Shown: piece by piece, positions 1 through 10,285 of the stretch | How the letters are laid out: each line of letters opens with the position of its first letter | Numbering within the stretch: the stretch's first letter is position 1 | Origin: a virus | DNA: 64,000 nt | IMG/VR virus record: IMGVR_UViG_3300024324_000009 | Span: 107,041 to 171,040 of that record | Reading direction: 5' to 3' (one strand) | Program-made: the position numbers and the translations under genes | Notes under the pieces: generated by a model | Seen by the model: only the letters and a program-made list of their open reading frames with translations | Database searches by the model: none | What the model was told of the DNA's origin: nothing

Positions 1-623
1 GCACATTCATAAGTTCTTAGCATTTTCCATCCGTTGAGTTCACACTTTAAGAAAAAATCCCAATCAGTGTATGAACCTGTTAAGGTAGGATATTCTATAT
101 CAAAACCTCCACAAGACATATAATTCAACCTACTCATATATATGGGATAGGTAGAGCCTGTGTCTTCAATCAGGTCTTTCCTTTGGGACTTTTCAAACTT
201 CCAAAAACCTTCTAGGTCAAATTTTGCTGGGTCTTTACCACAGTCCTTAATAATAAACTGACTAAACATACTGTTGTAAGGTTCAATCTGGTTAGGTGCT
301 ATGACTGAATTTGTGACATCTAGCTTTCCCAAAATAGTGTCCCATTCCTTGGGGAAAACATTGTCATCATTTGTAATAAGCACACGCTTATTTTTAGCTA
401 AAGACACTCCAAGGTTTTGTGCTCTGGTCATTCCAACATTGTTAGGTAGGACGACAGGGTGTATTTGGCTGTAGTATTTACTGAGAACATCTGTATTGAC
501 CTCAAGGGTTCCATCAACAACAACTAATATCTCGTTGAGTTTTTCCTGTCCTTCAATAACAGACCGTAAACATAAGTCTAATGCTTGAGGAGTCTTAAAT
601 GTTGGTATAATTACACTAATCAT
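1..623 (-). CDS. Glycosyltransferase family 2 (runs off window start)
   Basis: Manual translation from the ATG at 623: MISVIIPTFKTPQALDLCLRSV...EILVVVDG...NVGMTRAQNLG...LITNDDNVF. These are GT-A motifs. Not in the ORF track because it is truncated. Confidence 0.9.
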   Translation of the reverse strand, partial: MISVIIPTFKTPQALDLCLRSVIEGQEKLNEILVVVDGTLEVNTDVLSKYYSQIHPVVLPNNVGMTRAQNLGVSLAKNKRVLITNDDNVFPKEWDTILGKLDVTNSVIAPNQIEPYNSMFSQFIIKDCGKDPAKFDLEGFWKFEKSQRKDLIEDTGSTYPIYMSRLNYMSCGGFDIEYPTLTGSYTDWDFFLKCELNGWKMLRTYEC

Positions 624-954
624 ATTGTCTGTAGTATTCTCCTGTGTCAATAGTTTTCTTAGAGACACTAAACTTCATTGACATACTGTCTGTGAAAGGT
701 ACGCAAAAAACAGATTCATTTTTAGTGTACCAGCCATATTCGCATTCTGTAGGCTCCCCTATTATAAATACAGGCTTAGAGTCTACCACTATTGCACCCA
801 GATATAAAGGCCTAACACAAACCTGTACAAAGTTGTCAAATAGTTCTATAAAATCTTCTGTGTCTGCCCAGTTGTTCAGAGATTCCTCCGACTTATATTC
901 TGAGGATTCTTTACAAAAGGGGAACATATGTATTATGTAGCGTAACTTATCCAT
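616..954 (-). CDS. Hypothetical protein
   Basis: Overlaps both neighbouring genes, as expected in an operon. Confidence 0.6.
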   Translation of the reverse strand: MDKLRYIIHMFPFCKESSEYKSEESLNNWADTEDFIELFDNFVQVCVRPLYLGAIVVDSKPVFIIGEPTECEYGWYTKNESVFCVPFTDSMSMKFSVSKKTIDTGEYYRQYD

Positions 955-1586
955 TATCTTTTAATGCTTTCATATAATTCGTTTTGTTGGCGTTGCTTAT
1001 TAATCTCTTTACTATGTATTAATGCACATTGTGGATTTTGCGGAAACCCTCCCATTTCTTTGTATCCTACAATTTGTTCGTGGACGTTACCTTCCCATCT
1101 AATGTTGCCGTTATTTTTAAATATTCTTGGCTGATAGTCAGGCCAGTTAATCCATCCGTTTTCATTGATGTTCCAGCTATATTTCTTAACGTCTTCTTCT
1201 GTGTGGCCTTCTACTGTATTGATACGAGGAACATATAACATGTCAACTTCTTCTGTTAGTTGACTTTTCCATATTTCGATTGTTTCCACAGAAGCGTATT
1301 CGTCTGCATCGAAATTTATAATCCAATCTTTATTAGCTAATCCATTGGTAAAATTTTTCATTTCAGCAAACCTTTTATCAAAATGATACCTCATGTATGT
1401 ATCTGCTACTTGCTGTGAGTATTGACGGATATCTACATCTAAGTTTGTCTGTTTTTCTTTTTCTTCTCTAAAAGTATGCACGATAATTATTTCATCATTA
1501 TGTGACCTAACCTGTTTGAGAAGTGGAAGGAGAGTCTTTAGTTCTTTTAACTCGTTATAAACTGTTACAGTGTACGATATGCTCAT
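954..1586 (-). CDS. Glycosyltransferase family 2 (beta-1,4-glucosyltransferase-like)
   Basis: SYTVTVYNE, F..MKN, INFDADE (DxD), WPDYQPRIF, WEGNVHEQ. Confidence 0.9.
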   Translation of the reverse strand: MSISYTVTVYNELKELKTLLPLLKQVRSHNDEIIIVHTFREEKEKQTNLDVDIRQYSQQVADTYMRYHFDKRFAEMKNFTNGLANKDWIINFDADEYASVETIEIWKSQLTEEVDMLYVPRINTVEGHTEEDVKKYSWNINENGWINWPDYQPRIFKNNGNIRWEGNVHEQIVGYKEMGGFPQNPQCALIHSKEINKQRQQNELYESIKR

Positions 1587-2185
1587 TGATTCCTCTTATG
1601 GTTTACGGTAGCTAATCTTGGGTCTGGCGTTAAAGCCCCTGACTTTTTAGCCCCTTTAATTGAGATGCCACTTTCCTGCTGCTCCCAGATAAGACCAGAA
1701 CTTTTTTTAATAATTCTAGGCTGATTATCAGGCCAGTTGATCCACCCCTTTTCATTAAGTCTTAATCCGTATCGTTCTTCTTTTTCTTTTTGACTAATTG
1801 TATCATCAATATTTACTCTGGGAGTCCAAAATATATCGTATTCGGGCTCATTCTTGATTACATTGTTCCATAGGGCAAGTGTCTGTGCAGTTAAAAATTC
1901 ATTGGCATCTAACAAGAAAACATAATCTTTAGTAGCTAAGTCACAAACATAGTTTTTTAAGTGAGTTATATCATTTTTATTTTTATAGTTACAATATGTG
2001 TCAAAATTATCCATCAGATATTCTTTGATCTCTACATGGACAGAATCATTCATTTCGTGGTCTTCACGGTAAAGATGCACAGCTATAGTCTCATCTTGAA
2101 CCTTTTTGCAGACTTCTAAAGTATAGTGAAGTCTTTTGACATCATTCAACTCATCTTGTACAACTACAGTATATGATATGGACAT
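1583..2185 (-). CDS. GT2 paralog of 954..1586 with degenerate motifs
   Basis: Shares MSISYTV, PRVN and GWINWPD.QPRI with 954..1586. DADE becomes DANE and VHEQ is absent. Confidence 0.8.
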   Translation of the reverse strand: MSISYTVVVQDELNDVKRLHYTLEVCKKVQDETIAVHLYREDHEMNDSVHVEIKEYLMDNFDTYCNYKNKNDITHLKNYVCDLATKDYVFLLDANEFLTAQTLALWNNVIKNEPEYDIFWTPRVNIDDTISQKEKEERYGLRLNEKGWINWPDNQPRIIKKSSGLIWEQQESGISIKGAKKSGALTPDPRLATVNHKRNQ

Positions 2186-2215
2186 TGGCTTATTTCCTTG
2201 ATAGTAGATATACTT

Positions 2216-2243
2216 ATAATAGGCTTATTCTGCTGTTTGTCAA
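2216..2243 (-). promoter_or_regulatory. Sigma70-like promoter TTGACA-16-TATTAT
   Basis: Intergenic, upstream of the GT operon. Confidence 0.7.
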
Positions 2244-2248
2244 GTATT

Positions 2249-3919
2249 TTAAGGCTCAGGAAAAGGTGGTAAATCAGGGCTATAATAACCTGAAATTACA
2301 GACCCCGGGTTGCCTTCACCGGGAAGTTCACCGTACCATTCATCTACCTCTATAATACAGTCAGTGACAACGATAGTATCATAAGCATATACCTTGTTGA
2401 TTTTACCGTTTGCTCTTAGAAATGTCCCATCAGCTTTTTCATACAGTGTTCCTATTCGGAAAGCATCCTGATCTCTGATATCACAGTTGCCGATAAAGGT
2501 GCCAAAATTTACCGTATTATTACTGAAAAGTTCACACTTACCACGAAAAGTTCCTATGTTAATACTGGAGAATATAGTATATAATGTGTTATCTAAATAT
2601 AAATTTAAAGAATCAGCCTTAATATTGGAGTACCTAGCGGTAATAGTGCCTCCCACAATAAGATCATTATTAGCGTTTTCTACATTTAAAGTTGAGCTCA
2701 CTAAGTTACATCCATTATAAATCAGGCCTCCTAGGCCTCCTACAGTAATTGTACTGTCGTGACATTCTATGTTTTGACAAACAAGTTCACCACAAGACAA
2801 TGCTGATATTTCGTTCATAACGATGTCATCATCCACATAAATAGTTTGAGGTGCGGAGACTTTGGTATCATACAATTCAAGACTTGGGAAAACTAGATAT
2901 CCTGCACCTCCTGCTGGTAGATCATAAGCCTTTATGTTGCTGTGGCTATACACGCAGTTTGTACTCATGCTGTCGTAATCAAACACTGGCTCCTGTAGAT
3001 CAGGCCTTTTTACGGGTGGTGCAGACAACTTGGGCCGGTCCTGAGTACCGACCTTGTCATAGGAAACTAAATCCATTTTATAAACTTCAAGGTCTTGAAA
3101 TGTAAGCCTGTACGCTAGCGGTTGTACAAAGTATGCGTGATACCATTGTTCTTCAGCAGTCAAGGTGTTATTAATAAATCTAATTTTTTGGTTCATTACT
3201 GTTTGCTCTACAGGAATACCATCTTCTCTATTTGGTATTTTACTTCTGTCTTGACCATCAATTATTAAATAGCATCCATAGTTTCGTGATTCCATAGGGT
3301 TTTCAAAGCTAGCAAAAAAAGCGGCATCCTCTTCTTCTACTGGAGGTGGAGAATCCAAGTTGATTGCAAAAAAGTTCATATTATTACAAAGTATAGTCCC
3401 TCCATTCACCCAAGAACATATATATGCTTCTCCTTTAGGTAGACCATAAAAACTTATTTCGCATTCATCTAGGATGTTAGTGTAAGATATGTTGTTATTT
3501 ATGGCGTTCACAGCGTCCCAATATTCATAAGACTTGCTGTCTTCATAGTCTGATGCAGGTTCCCACTCACTACTTGTCTGTACTTCTCCTAAAGTCTCTG
3601 GGTCTGAAATACCAAACAACGTACTTGCTTGTGCCTCTGTTCTTAATTCTTTAGGAGTGTCTGATTCTTCTCCGTTTTCATCTTCTTCATAAACACATGA
3701 TGGTACTGGAAACAACTTTTCCATAAAAGTTACACATGCTTGACTATTAGAAAGCCTATATTTGTCTGTAAACGTAACAGACCCTCCTTGTATAAAACAC
3801 CTATTTAAGTCTACAAGATCAAACTCTGATTTTACAGGAAGTGAGAAAGTGCAGTCCTGATCTACCAAGTCTGTAACTGTGGTAAAATTTTCTACTTCAA
3901 ATCTATCCATTAAAAACAC
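2249..3919 (-). CDS. Hypothetical acidic protein with possible beta-helical C-terminus (virion-associated?)
   Basis: 556 aa with short alternating hydrophobic beta repeats in the C-terminal third. Confidence 0.5.
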   Translation of the reverse strand: MFLMDRFEVENFTTVTDLVDQDCTFSLPVKSEFDLVDLNRCFIQGGSVTFTDKYRLSNSQACVTFMEKLFPVPSCVYEEDENGEESDTPKELRTEAQASTLFGISDPETLGEVQTSSEWEPASDYEDSKSYEYWDAVNAINNNISYTNILDECEISFYGLPKGEAYICSWVNGGTILCNNMNFFAINLDSPPPVEEEDAAFFASFENPMESRNYGCYLIIDGQDRSKIPNREDGIPVEQTVMNQKIRFINNTLTAEEQWYHAYFVQPLAYRLTFQDLEVYKMDLVSYDKVGTQDRPKLSAPPVKRPDLQEPVFDYDSMSTNCVYSHSNIKAYDLPAGGAGYLVFPSLELYDTKVSAPQTIYVDDDIVMNEISALSCGELVCQNIECHDSTITVGGLGGLIYNGCNLVSSTLNVENANNDLIVGGTITARYSNIKADSLNLYLDNTLYTIFSSINIGTFRGKCELFSNNTVNFGTFIGNCDIRDQDAFRIGTLYEKADGTFLRANGKINKVYAYDTIVVTDCIIEVDEWYGELPGEGNPGSVISGYYSPDLPPFPEP

Positions 3920-6009
3920 CCTTTTCCTTCTAAGTGAATTATGTGATATCCCGGTGGTTTTGCCACATTAACTTTAAGATAACCTAGATATGGTTCCCAT
4001 TGTATATTTATGGTCGCGTTGTTCTCCGAGTCCAGACAGTTTATTGGTATGGCAGATGTCTCTATGTCTTGATGTGCCGTTGCATGTTTATGTGCTCTTT
4101 TCTTAAATGCTCTGTCCTTGTACATATTACCTTCAAGACGATCTAGTTCTCCTTCATTATTAAAGGCTTTACCCCAACCCCATATAAATTCTAAATCTAA
4201 AGGTAGATAGCAGTCTCCTTCAAAGTCCTCGGCCTCACATTCATCGTCTCGTTCATGAGAAGGTATTTTGCAATAAGCCTTACTCTCTGAAAGCAAATCT
4301 GCTGTAACATGAGTAGGGATATTTTGAGAATAGTGCAACAAATCATCTCCCTTGTTACTTTGGGTGAAACGAGGATTAAGAGAGAGAGCAAATAACATAC
4401 CGAAAGCACTTTGTCTTTCAGCACAAAAGTAAGGTAGACAGTTGGGATAAATAGGAACTCCTTGACATCCCTCATACTCTAGTATAACAAAAGGATCAGT
4501 ACAGTCTATTCCTTCGTTGGCTGGGCAAACAGTTTGCCTACAGGCATAATAGTCGCTACCATTCATGTATCTAATCATGTCTTTCAAAACGGTTTCGGTA
4601 ACTAAAAACGAACCGTCTGGTAATGGCCCCCAGTTTGGTTCACCTCCAGTAATCCAATTTCCTAATGGACATTGTAGAACATACACACATTCGTCAAACT
4701 CTAGTCTTCTATCGTCATAGCCTATAATGCTATACATGGTATACCATATTCTATCTGGATATGCTAAACCTTGACTATCTCTTCTATTGGGAAAACCTAC
4801 GTTAGTAAACAAAGCTACGCCTTCTCCGTTCCAGAGTAGTTGCTTTATTGTTCTAAGATATGCTTCGTAGTCACTGGATGAACTTGGCATTCCTGCTTTG
4901 CCGTTTACGCTTACATCTAGCATAAGAGGTACTGTAGCCCTTATTCTTTCTATCTTTTCTTCTTGTTTTAAGTTGGGACTATCAGGATCAGTAGTCTTTG
5001 GCTTCATTGTTTGATAGTTCCAGCCGTTGCGTTCCTGTAGCCATTCAAAGAATAGGCCTTTATCAATAGTGTTTAATCTATCTGCTTGATTGTTTCTGAG
5101 GTTGCATATACCTGAATATTCTCTTCTTTCTAAAACTCCTATGTGATACATTTTTTCATCTTGTCTACCTGATAATAAGTCTCCTCTCTGCGAACCGTCT
5201 TGAGAAGGAACCCAGTATGCGAACTGTATATATCTACCCTCAAATGTAGCAGTTCTATCAAACCCACAACACTCACTATAGTATTCTGGAGTTCCGGGTT
5301 TACAGCAAGGGTCATTTTCAGGAGGTGGGTCTATTGGTGGGCAGCAGCCACACGATCTACACTTTGGCTGGTCTTCACCAGCACATGTTACGCATGAATG
5401 TGCGGCTCCCGGCACACCTTGGGCTCCGGGCCAACAACTCATTACTCCTACTGTAGGAGACCTTACTTCAAGTACGTCTTGTGGTTCTAGAGTTTGTCCT
5501 ACTTCTTCTGCTGATATTAAATCTGGCCCCATCATCAACATATTGTCTGGTATGCTGTTCCATCCCCAGTATGTCATGTATTCAGTAGCCATTCTGTGAA
5601 AACTTTTTGAGAAATTGTTATCTCCTACATAGTGACAAGCCCTCATAGTGTCCGCAGAGTTCCTGAAAGCATGTGCTACTGCGGCTTGTGGGATTGAGCA
5701 ACATTCTTTATAAGCCCCGCCATCTAATTGTTCTAAAAATTTAAATGGCAATACTAATTGGTATTCATGGTCATTATTAGTTGCACTGTATAGTGTAGAA
5801 TCTGCTGCGGCACTAAAGCAAGGATATTTTAAAATAGATACTGCATCAACAATTCTAGCTAGCCAGTAAGCAGCAGAAACTCCCTGTGGATAAGTACCGA
5901 ATACTTCAGAGTTGCTGTTGTCTGCAAAGTAATCAATTTTTCTAGGCGATGTTGGGCTAGGATCACAAGGGTTTCTTGTAAGTGCCTCATATAGTTCATC
6001 TGGAGTCAT
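3910..6009 (-). CDS. Cys-rich inactive papain-like (C1) protease homolog
   Basis: Colinear similarity to 8847..9773 (TPDELY, AHAFRN, MATE, GFPNRRDSQG, GGEPNWGPLPDGSFL) with the catalytic residues substituted. Confidence 0.8.
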   Translation of the reverse strand: MTPDELYEALTRNPCDPSPTSPRKIDYFADNSNSEVFGTYPQGVSAAYWLARIVDAVSILKYPCFSAAADSTLYSATNNDHEYQLVLPFKFLEQLDGGAYKECCSIPQAAVAHAFRNSADTMRACHYVGDNNFSKSFHRMATEYMTYWGWNSIPDNMLMMGPDLISAEEVGQTLEPQDVLEVRSPTVGVMSCWPGAQGVPGAAHSCVTCAGEDQPKCRSCGCCPPIDPPPENDPCCKPGTPEYYSECCGFDRTATFEGRYIQFAYWVPSQDGSQRGDLLSGRQDEKMYHIGVLERREYSGICNLRNNQADRLNTIDKGLFFEWLQERNGWNYQTMKPKTTDPDSPNLKQEEKIERIRATVPLMLDVSVNGKAGMPSSSSDYEAYLRTIKQLLWNGEGVALFTNVGFPNRRDSQGLAYPDRIWYTMYSIIGYDDRRLEFDECVYVLQCPLGNWITGGEPNWGPLPDGSFLVTETVLKDMIRYMNGSDYYACRQTVCPANEGIDCTDPFVILEYEGCQGVPIYPNCLPYFCAERQSAFGMLFALSLNPRFTQSNKGDDLLHYSQNIPTHVTADLLSESKAYCKIPSHERDDECEAEDFEGDCYLPLDLEFIWGWGKAFNNEGELDRLEGNMYKDRAFKKRAHKHATAHQDIETSAIPINCLDSENNATINIQWEPYLGYLKVNVAKPPGYHIIHLEGKGCF

Positions 6010-6922
6010 TCGTAACCTTTGTTATTGTGTTCTCAGAAGTCTTTTTGTATATCTCTTTTTTTCTAGGTCTTTTATGTTTCCATATGATAGCCAACTGATC
6101 CAAATTTTCTTCTACTATATTGCCACAGATTGAACTGTCGCTATGACAATAAACTTCATTATTTTTAGTAACCACTATTTGTTTAGGAGAATTAATTCCG
6201 TTCACGGTAATAGTAGACATAGTTATAGGATATAGGTTTCCTAAATAGCCAAAAATTCTTTCTAAAGCATGAATATAAGTTGCTACACAAAGACCATGAA
6301 CATCCTGATCTTTGACTGTTCGACCAAGCTCTTTATTATCTATCATAAGCCCTTCTATATAATCTACAACCTCTTTATTAAAATATTTTAAATATGTTTC
6401 AGAACAGCCTGCAAACATAGTGCCTCCAACAAAATGACTATAATTATCGAAAGGTATGCCTAGTTCATCCATGAGGAAGTGTATATAGGGTTTGTGGCAT
6501 CTATCGTGGTTCATCAGCATGGAAAGAGGGCCTATACTATCTATAAAAGGATTATCCAACAATAGACAGTTTTGTCTTAGTATTTTTGGACTACCTAATA
6601 GTTCATATACTAATATTTCTTTCCAGTGGCAGAATCTATGGAGTAGGCTTTTTTTACTATGTATTTTAAAGAAATACTTATAATGCGATGCATATTTTAC
6701 TAGACTTCTTAGAAAGGGCAATATGTCTCCACCGACATTATCTACGTAATCAATCTGAGGATTCAAGTCACTTAACATGGTTACTGTAACATCACAGTCT
6801 ACTGAATCAGGCAGTGTGATATATATATCTACCATGTCTTTAATAGGGAAGAGGTAGTCGTAAAAATATTTTGCTTGATCTTGATGATACAGATGTAAAA
6901 ATACTGCTGTTTTATTTCTCAT
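5996..6922 (-). CDS. Rhamnan synthesis protein F (RgpF)-like glycosyltransferase
   Basis: VFLHLYH, NVGGDILPFL, KIHSKKS, FVGGTMF, HALERIFG. Confidence 0.85.
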   Translation of the reverse strand: MRNKTAVFLHLYHQDQAKYFYDYLFPIKDMVDIYITLPDSVDCDVTVTMLSDLNPQIDYVDNVGGDILPFLRSLVKYASHYKYFFKIHSKKSLLHRFCHWKEILVYELLGSPKILRQNCLLLDNPFIDSIGPLSMLMNHDRCHKPYIHFLMDELGIPFDNYSHFVGGTMFAGCSETYLKYFNKEVVDYIEGLMIDNKELGRTVKDQDVHGLCVATYIHALERIFGYLGNLYPITMSTITVNGINSPKQIVVTKNNEVYCHSDSSICGNIVEENLDQLAIIWKHKRPRKKEIYKKTSENTITKVTNDSR

Positions 6923-7181
6923 TTAATTTATTATACAGTACTAACGCTAGTACACTACCTGCTACACCAGCAAAAATACCTGCTGGTTCTATGACAGAAT
7001 ATGATCCTAGCATATATAATCCTGCTCCTCCCATATATGATCCTATGACTCCTAAAGCTACAGTTTTAATAAATCCAAAGTTTTCTTCGCCGGGAACTAT
7101 AGTTTTAGCTATTGATCCTACAAAAATACCGTATACCGCCCATATAAATAAACTAAACATTTGAGGCCTCCAGTAAAGCAA
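6912..7181 (-). CDS. GlsB/YeaQ/YmgE (transglycosylase-associated) membrane protein
   Basis: G.FVG.IAK.IVPG, T.ALGVIGS.MGG, GVAGSVLAL; three TM helices. Confidence 0.85.
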   Translation of the reverse strand: MLYWRPQMFSLFIWAVYGIFVGSIAKTIVPGEENFGFIKTVALGVIGSYMGGAGLYMLGSYSVIEPAGIFAGVAGSVLALVLYNKLNEK

Positions 7182-7626
7182 TAAGGTCTTCCTCTTTCAT
7201 AGTTGCTGCTTCATCCAATATAGCATTAACTAGAGAAGCTGAATTTTTTTTATAATCTTCAGGCTTGAGTTCTCTCCTTAGTACTCGTTTAATTTTCATC
7301 TTTGTAAACCAGCCTCGTCTCACACTAAAGTTTCTGACACGATTGGCATAAAACATTTTATCTTTATCTTTATTGCACTCTTGTATAATTCTAATAAGAG
7401 TAAGCATCACGCTAATAACCATGATTACAGCTATTACGCTACCATGTTCATCAGACTCTACATTATCATCGGATTGATAGTTCGCCTTTTCTAAAACACG
7501 GGCAGCGATTTCTTTAAGTTTTTCTTGATTTTCCATTATGTTCTCTATACTGGGTTTAAGGTTCACAATACTGACAGTTAATTTTTGCAATTCCATCACC
7601 GCTCCAGTACCAGCCTTTGCCCTCAC
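7153..7626 (-). CDS. Hypothetical single-TM protein (likely start MENQEK)
   Basis: ORF with a hydrophobic segment. Confidence 0.55.
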   Translation of the reverse strand: MRAKAGTGAVMELQKLTVSIVNLKPSIENIMENQEKLKEIAARVLEKANYQSDDNVESDEHGSVIAVIMVISVMLTLIRIIQECNKDKDKMFYANRVRNFSVRRGWFTKMKIKRVLRRELKPEDYKKNSASLVNAILDEAATMKEEDLIALLEASNV

Positions 7627-7789
7627 AAACGGGACAATCTTTTCTTTTGTATTTTTCAGCTATCTCTATTGATTGAGAAGCCTTTATAACGGCACCTACT
7701 AATGTAGTAACCGCAGTTGTGCTGTATTTGGGTAGTGTAGATACTGCAACCATAGAAGCAAGTACACCGCATAAAATAACTCTACTCAT
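7556..7789 (-). CDS. Small protein with DnaJ-type Zn finger
   Basis: Hydrophobic N-terminus, CPVCEGKG...CQYC. Confidence 0.6.
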   Translation of the reverse strand: MSRVILCGVLASMVAVSTLPKYSTTAVTTLVGAVIKASQSIEIAEKYKRKDCPVCEGKGWYWSGDGIAKINCQYCEP

Positions 7790-7924
7790 TTGTTCATCCT
7801 ATCTTTCTTGTTAAATAAAATAACGCCACTCCCTGAACTTTGTATCAGTTTTGATAATGTCGGGAGGTATGATCCACCTTAATATAAGGACAAAATTATT
7901 TGTGAACCAGACTGTTTAGTGACG

Positions 7925-8086
7925 TTATTCTTTCTTAAAAATATTTTTTAGTTTGTCTATAATTGGTCTTTTTTTCTCAGGTTTTGTTATGTCGTCATTA
8001 GGCTGAAACATTTTTAGCAAAGCCAATATAAAGTCGCCAATAATTTTAATTAATCTATTCATAGCAATTTTATCTATGATACTCAT
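7925..8086 (-). CDS. Small hypothetical protein (53 aa, not in track)
   Basis: MSIIDKIAMNRLIKIIGDFILALLKMFQP...; its ATG overlaps the upstream stop (TAATG). Confidence 0.55.
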   Translation of the reverse strand: MSIIDKIAMNRLIKIIGDFILALLKMFQPNDDITKPEKKRPIIDKLKNIFKKE

Positions 8087-8835
8087 TAGGTCACCTTTGT
8101 ATAAGTTACGGAACTTCCTGTTAAAAGAGCAATGCTGTCATTTCCAACAAAATTATGATTTGTAACTATCTCTAGTTGTAGAGTTAAGTCTCCACCAGAA
8201 TCATTCTTTACATAGAACTGTTGTTGTGAAGTGACTGTGCATGGTACATTAAATATAGAAGACGGATTATTTCCAAAACTAACCCAAGTACCAGTATTTG
8301 CAATTTGCTGAGTAGCGTCCTGATGGAGTTCTAGGTGCTCTTTTGATATTGCTTCATAATGCACCCAGTTTCCTCTTGTAATAAATTGGTCACTATCAAG
8401 TCCTCCACTTATAGCAGATTGTTGAGTACTAGTCAAACCGTTTCCTATATTAAAAACAAAATGAGTGCTTACCATATACTGAGTACCATCAGCAATGGTT
8501 TGTGCTAATTCTAGTGGCGTAATAATGGTATTCTGTGCAAGAGAGTAGTTTTGTGTGGCTACCTTGATAGGAAATATGTCTTGACCAATGGTGTCCGTAG
8601 CAGCAGATATAGTTACTGTCTCAGGACTGTCTGCATCTGGTGCAGCATTTGTTGTCAAAGTTACACCGTCTCCTTGTACCAGTAAGTCACTTGGTTTGAC
8701 TGACTGTGCAACAAAACGATTGACATCAACCTTCATAGTTTCTGGTACATCACTAACTCCTGTTACTACACAGAGCAAGTCATCTGTAGCTATAGTAGGT
8801 GCTTCAGGCAATTCTGTAATCTTAGCGTCTGCCAT
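8086..8835 (-). CDS. Putative virion/tail appendage protein
   Basis: N-terminal MADAKITELPEA...DDLL.VV motif typical of phage fibre proteins. Confidence 0.6.
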   Translation of the reverse strand: MADAKITELPEAPTIATDDLLCVVTGVSDVPETMKVDVNRFVAQSVKPSDLLVQGDGVTLTTNAAPDADSPETVTISAATDTIGQDIFPIKVATQNYSLAQNTIITPLELAQTIADGTQYMVSTHFVFNIGNGLTSTQQSAISGGLDSDQFITRGNWVHYEAISKEHLELHQDATQQIANTGTWVSFGNNPSSIFNVPCTVTSQQQFYVKNDSGGDLTLQLEIVTNHNFVGNDSIALLTGSSVTYTKVT

Positions 8836-8846
8836 AATTTATCCCT

Positions 8847-9773
8847 TTATAGATATGTGTCAAAACCGTAATCTGGTAATTCTTGTGGTGGAAAGCCGTT
8901 AAAGGAACTGAAAGCATAAGCACCATTACCTCTAAGCATTCCTGCTGCAATGTCAGCATGTATCAGGAATGAACCGTCTGGTATCGGACCCCATTCAGGA
9001 TGACCTCCGCTGTTAAATTTCCCCCAACTATTTTGTACAAGAAATGCTGGCTCGTTACCTGTGTCGTCACAAGCCGTCCATGCCATTGCGTGATTCCAGC
9101 CTCCACTTTTTCGGGCGAACCCCTTGCTATCTCTTTTGTTAGAAAATCCATAGCCACTACACACACTTAAACCATACCCATTGGCTAGTGCATCTCTTGC
9201 CTCTTCTACAGTTTTAACAAGTGAGACTGTTTTAATTTTGTGTTTTTCTGCTTCGTCAATTACTTTATCTGGAAGGCCTCTGCTTCCCCATCTTGCTCCC
9301 ATGCTTCCATTGTATTTACTAAAGTCAGCAACACCGGGATAGTTTTTACGAACAAGAACACCACCGCTTTGACTGACAAATGTTGCAGCACGACTACAAC
9401 TCATACCTTGTCCACCATGACCTCTGCATCCATATATTGCTTCCGTCGCTCCTCTAGCAACCCAGCTTTCGGGTTCTCCTTCTACATGCATTTCAACTGC
9501 TCTGGTTACATCAACAGCATTCCTAGTAGAATGTGAGACACAATCTCCAGTGGTTTGCCTTTCGATATAGCAGTTCTTATCAAAACTTAGAGCAGAACGA
9601 AACGGAGTAGATAACTTCCCTTTCCCACTATTCTTAATTTTTTTTGCACCATCTTTAAAATATGCATACTTAGAACTTTCTATGAGTTCTTCAAACACAT
9701 GATTCTCCCAAAGTGTTCCGGGCATACCTTCACGATACAATCTATAAAGATCATCAGGGGTTAACCTTGGCAT
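8847..9773 (-). CDS. Papain-like cysteine peptidase (C1)
   Basis: Q..GDC (catalytic Cys), WNHAM (His), QNSWG (Asn). Confidence 0.85.
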   Translation of the reverse strand: MPRLTPDDLYRLYREGMPGTLWENHVFEELIESSKYAYFKDGAKKIKNSGKGKLSTPFRSALSFDKNCYIERQTTGDCVSHSTRNAVDVTRAVEMHVEGEPESWVARGATEAIYGCRGHGGQGMSCSRAATFVSQSGGVLVRKNYPGVADFSKYNGSMGARWGSRGLPDKVIDEAEKHKIKTVSLVKTVEEARDALANGYGLSVCSGYGFSNKRDSKGFARKSGGWNHAMAWTACDDTGNEPAFLVQNSWGKFNSGGHPEWGPIPDGSFLIHADIAAGMLRGNGAYAFSSFNGFPPQELPDYGFDTYL

Positions 9774-10276
9774 TACTTGCTCCCTTCATAAAAAGCCCAT
9801 GACAATGCATTAAAGGCTTCGACACTTTTGGCTCTGAGGTCATCATCCAGTACTACTTCATCTTTGCCTATGCTTGACGCAACAAGATCACCGGCAGCTT
9901 CTGCAAGACCATCGTACTTGCCTTCAATATCAAGTTTAAGCATTTTGCCTGCAAGGACATTAGCCTCTCTGATACTAGCAGTATCTTTAATGACTCCTTC
10001 TTTACCGTCTAAGCTAATAAGAACTCCCATGTCTTTGTATAAAGAAGAAAGTTTGAGACAGTCTTCTCTTTTACCAGAAGCATTTGACTCACGCAACAAA
10101 TCTACAATAACAGTACCTTTTTCAAGAAGCACTTCATCTTCTGGTGCGTCAACTGTTGGTACAGTAACTACTATATCCGGTCTTCCTATGCTAGGAATTA
10201 GACTACCAAGATCAGGCTGAAAGAGTCCGAACAAAATTAATATGGCTCCTATTGCTAGTGCAACTTTTTCTTTCAT
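9773..10276 (-). CDS. Hypothetical membrane-anchored protein
   Basis: N-terminal TM or signal sequence. Confidence 0.55.
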   Translation of the reverse strand: MKEKVALAIGAILILFGLFQPDLGSLIPSIGRPDIVVTVPTVDAPEDEVLLEKGTVIVDLLRESNASGKREDCLKLSSLYKDMGVLISLDGKEGVIKDTASIREANVLAGKMLKLDIEGKYDGLAEAAGDLVASSIGKDEVVLDDDLRAKSVEAFNALSWAFYEGSK

Positions 10277-10285
10277 TGTATTCTC

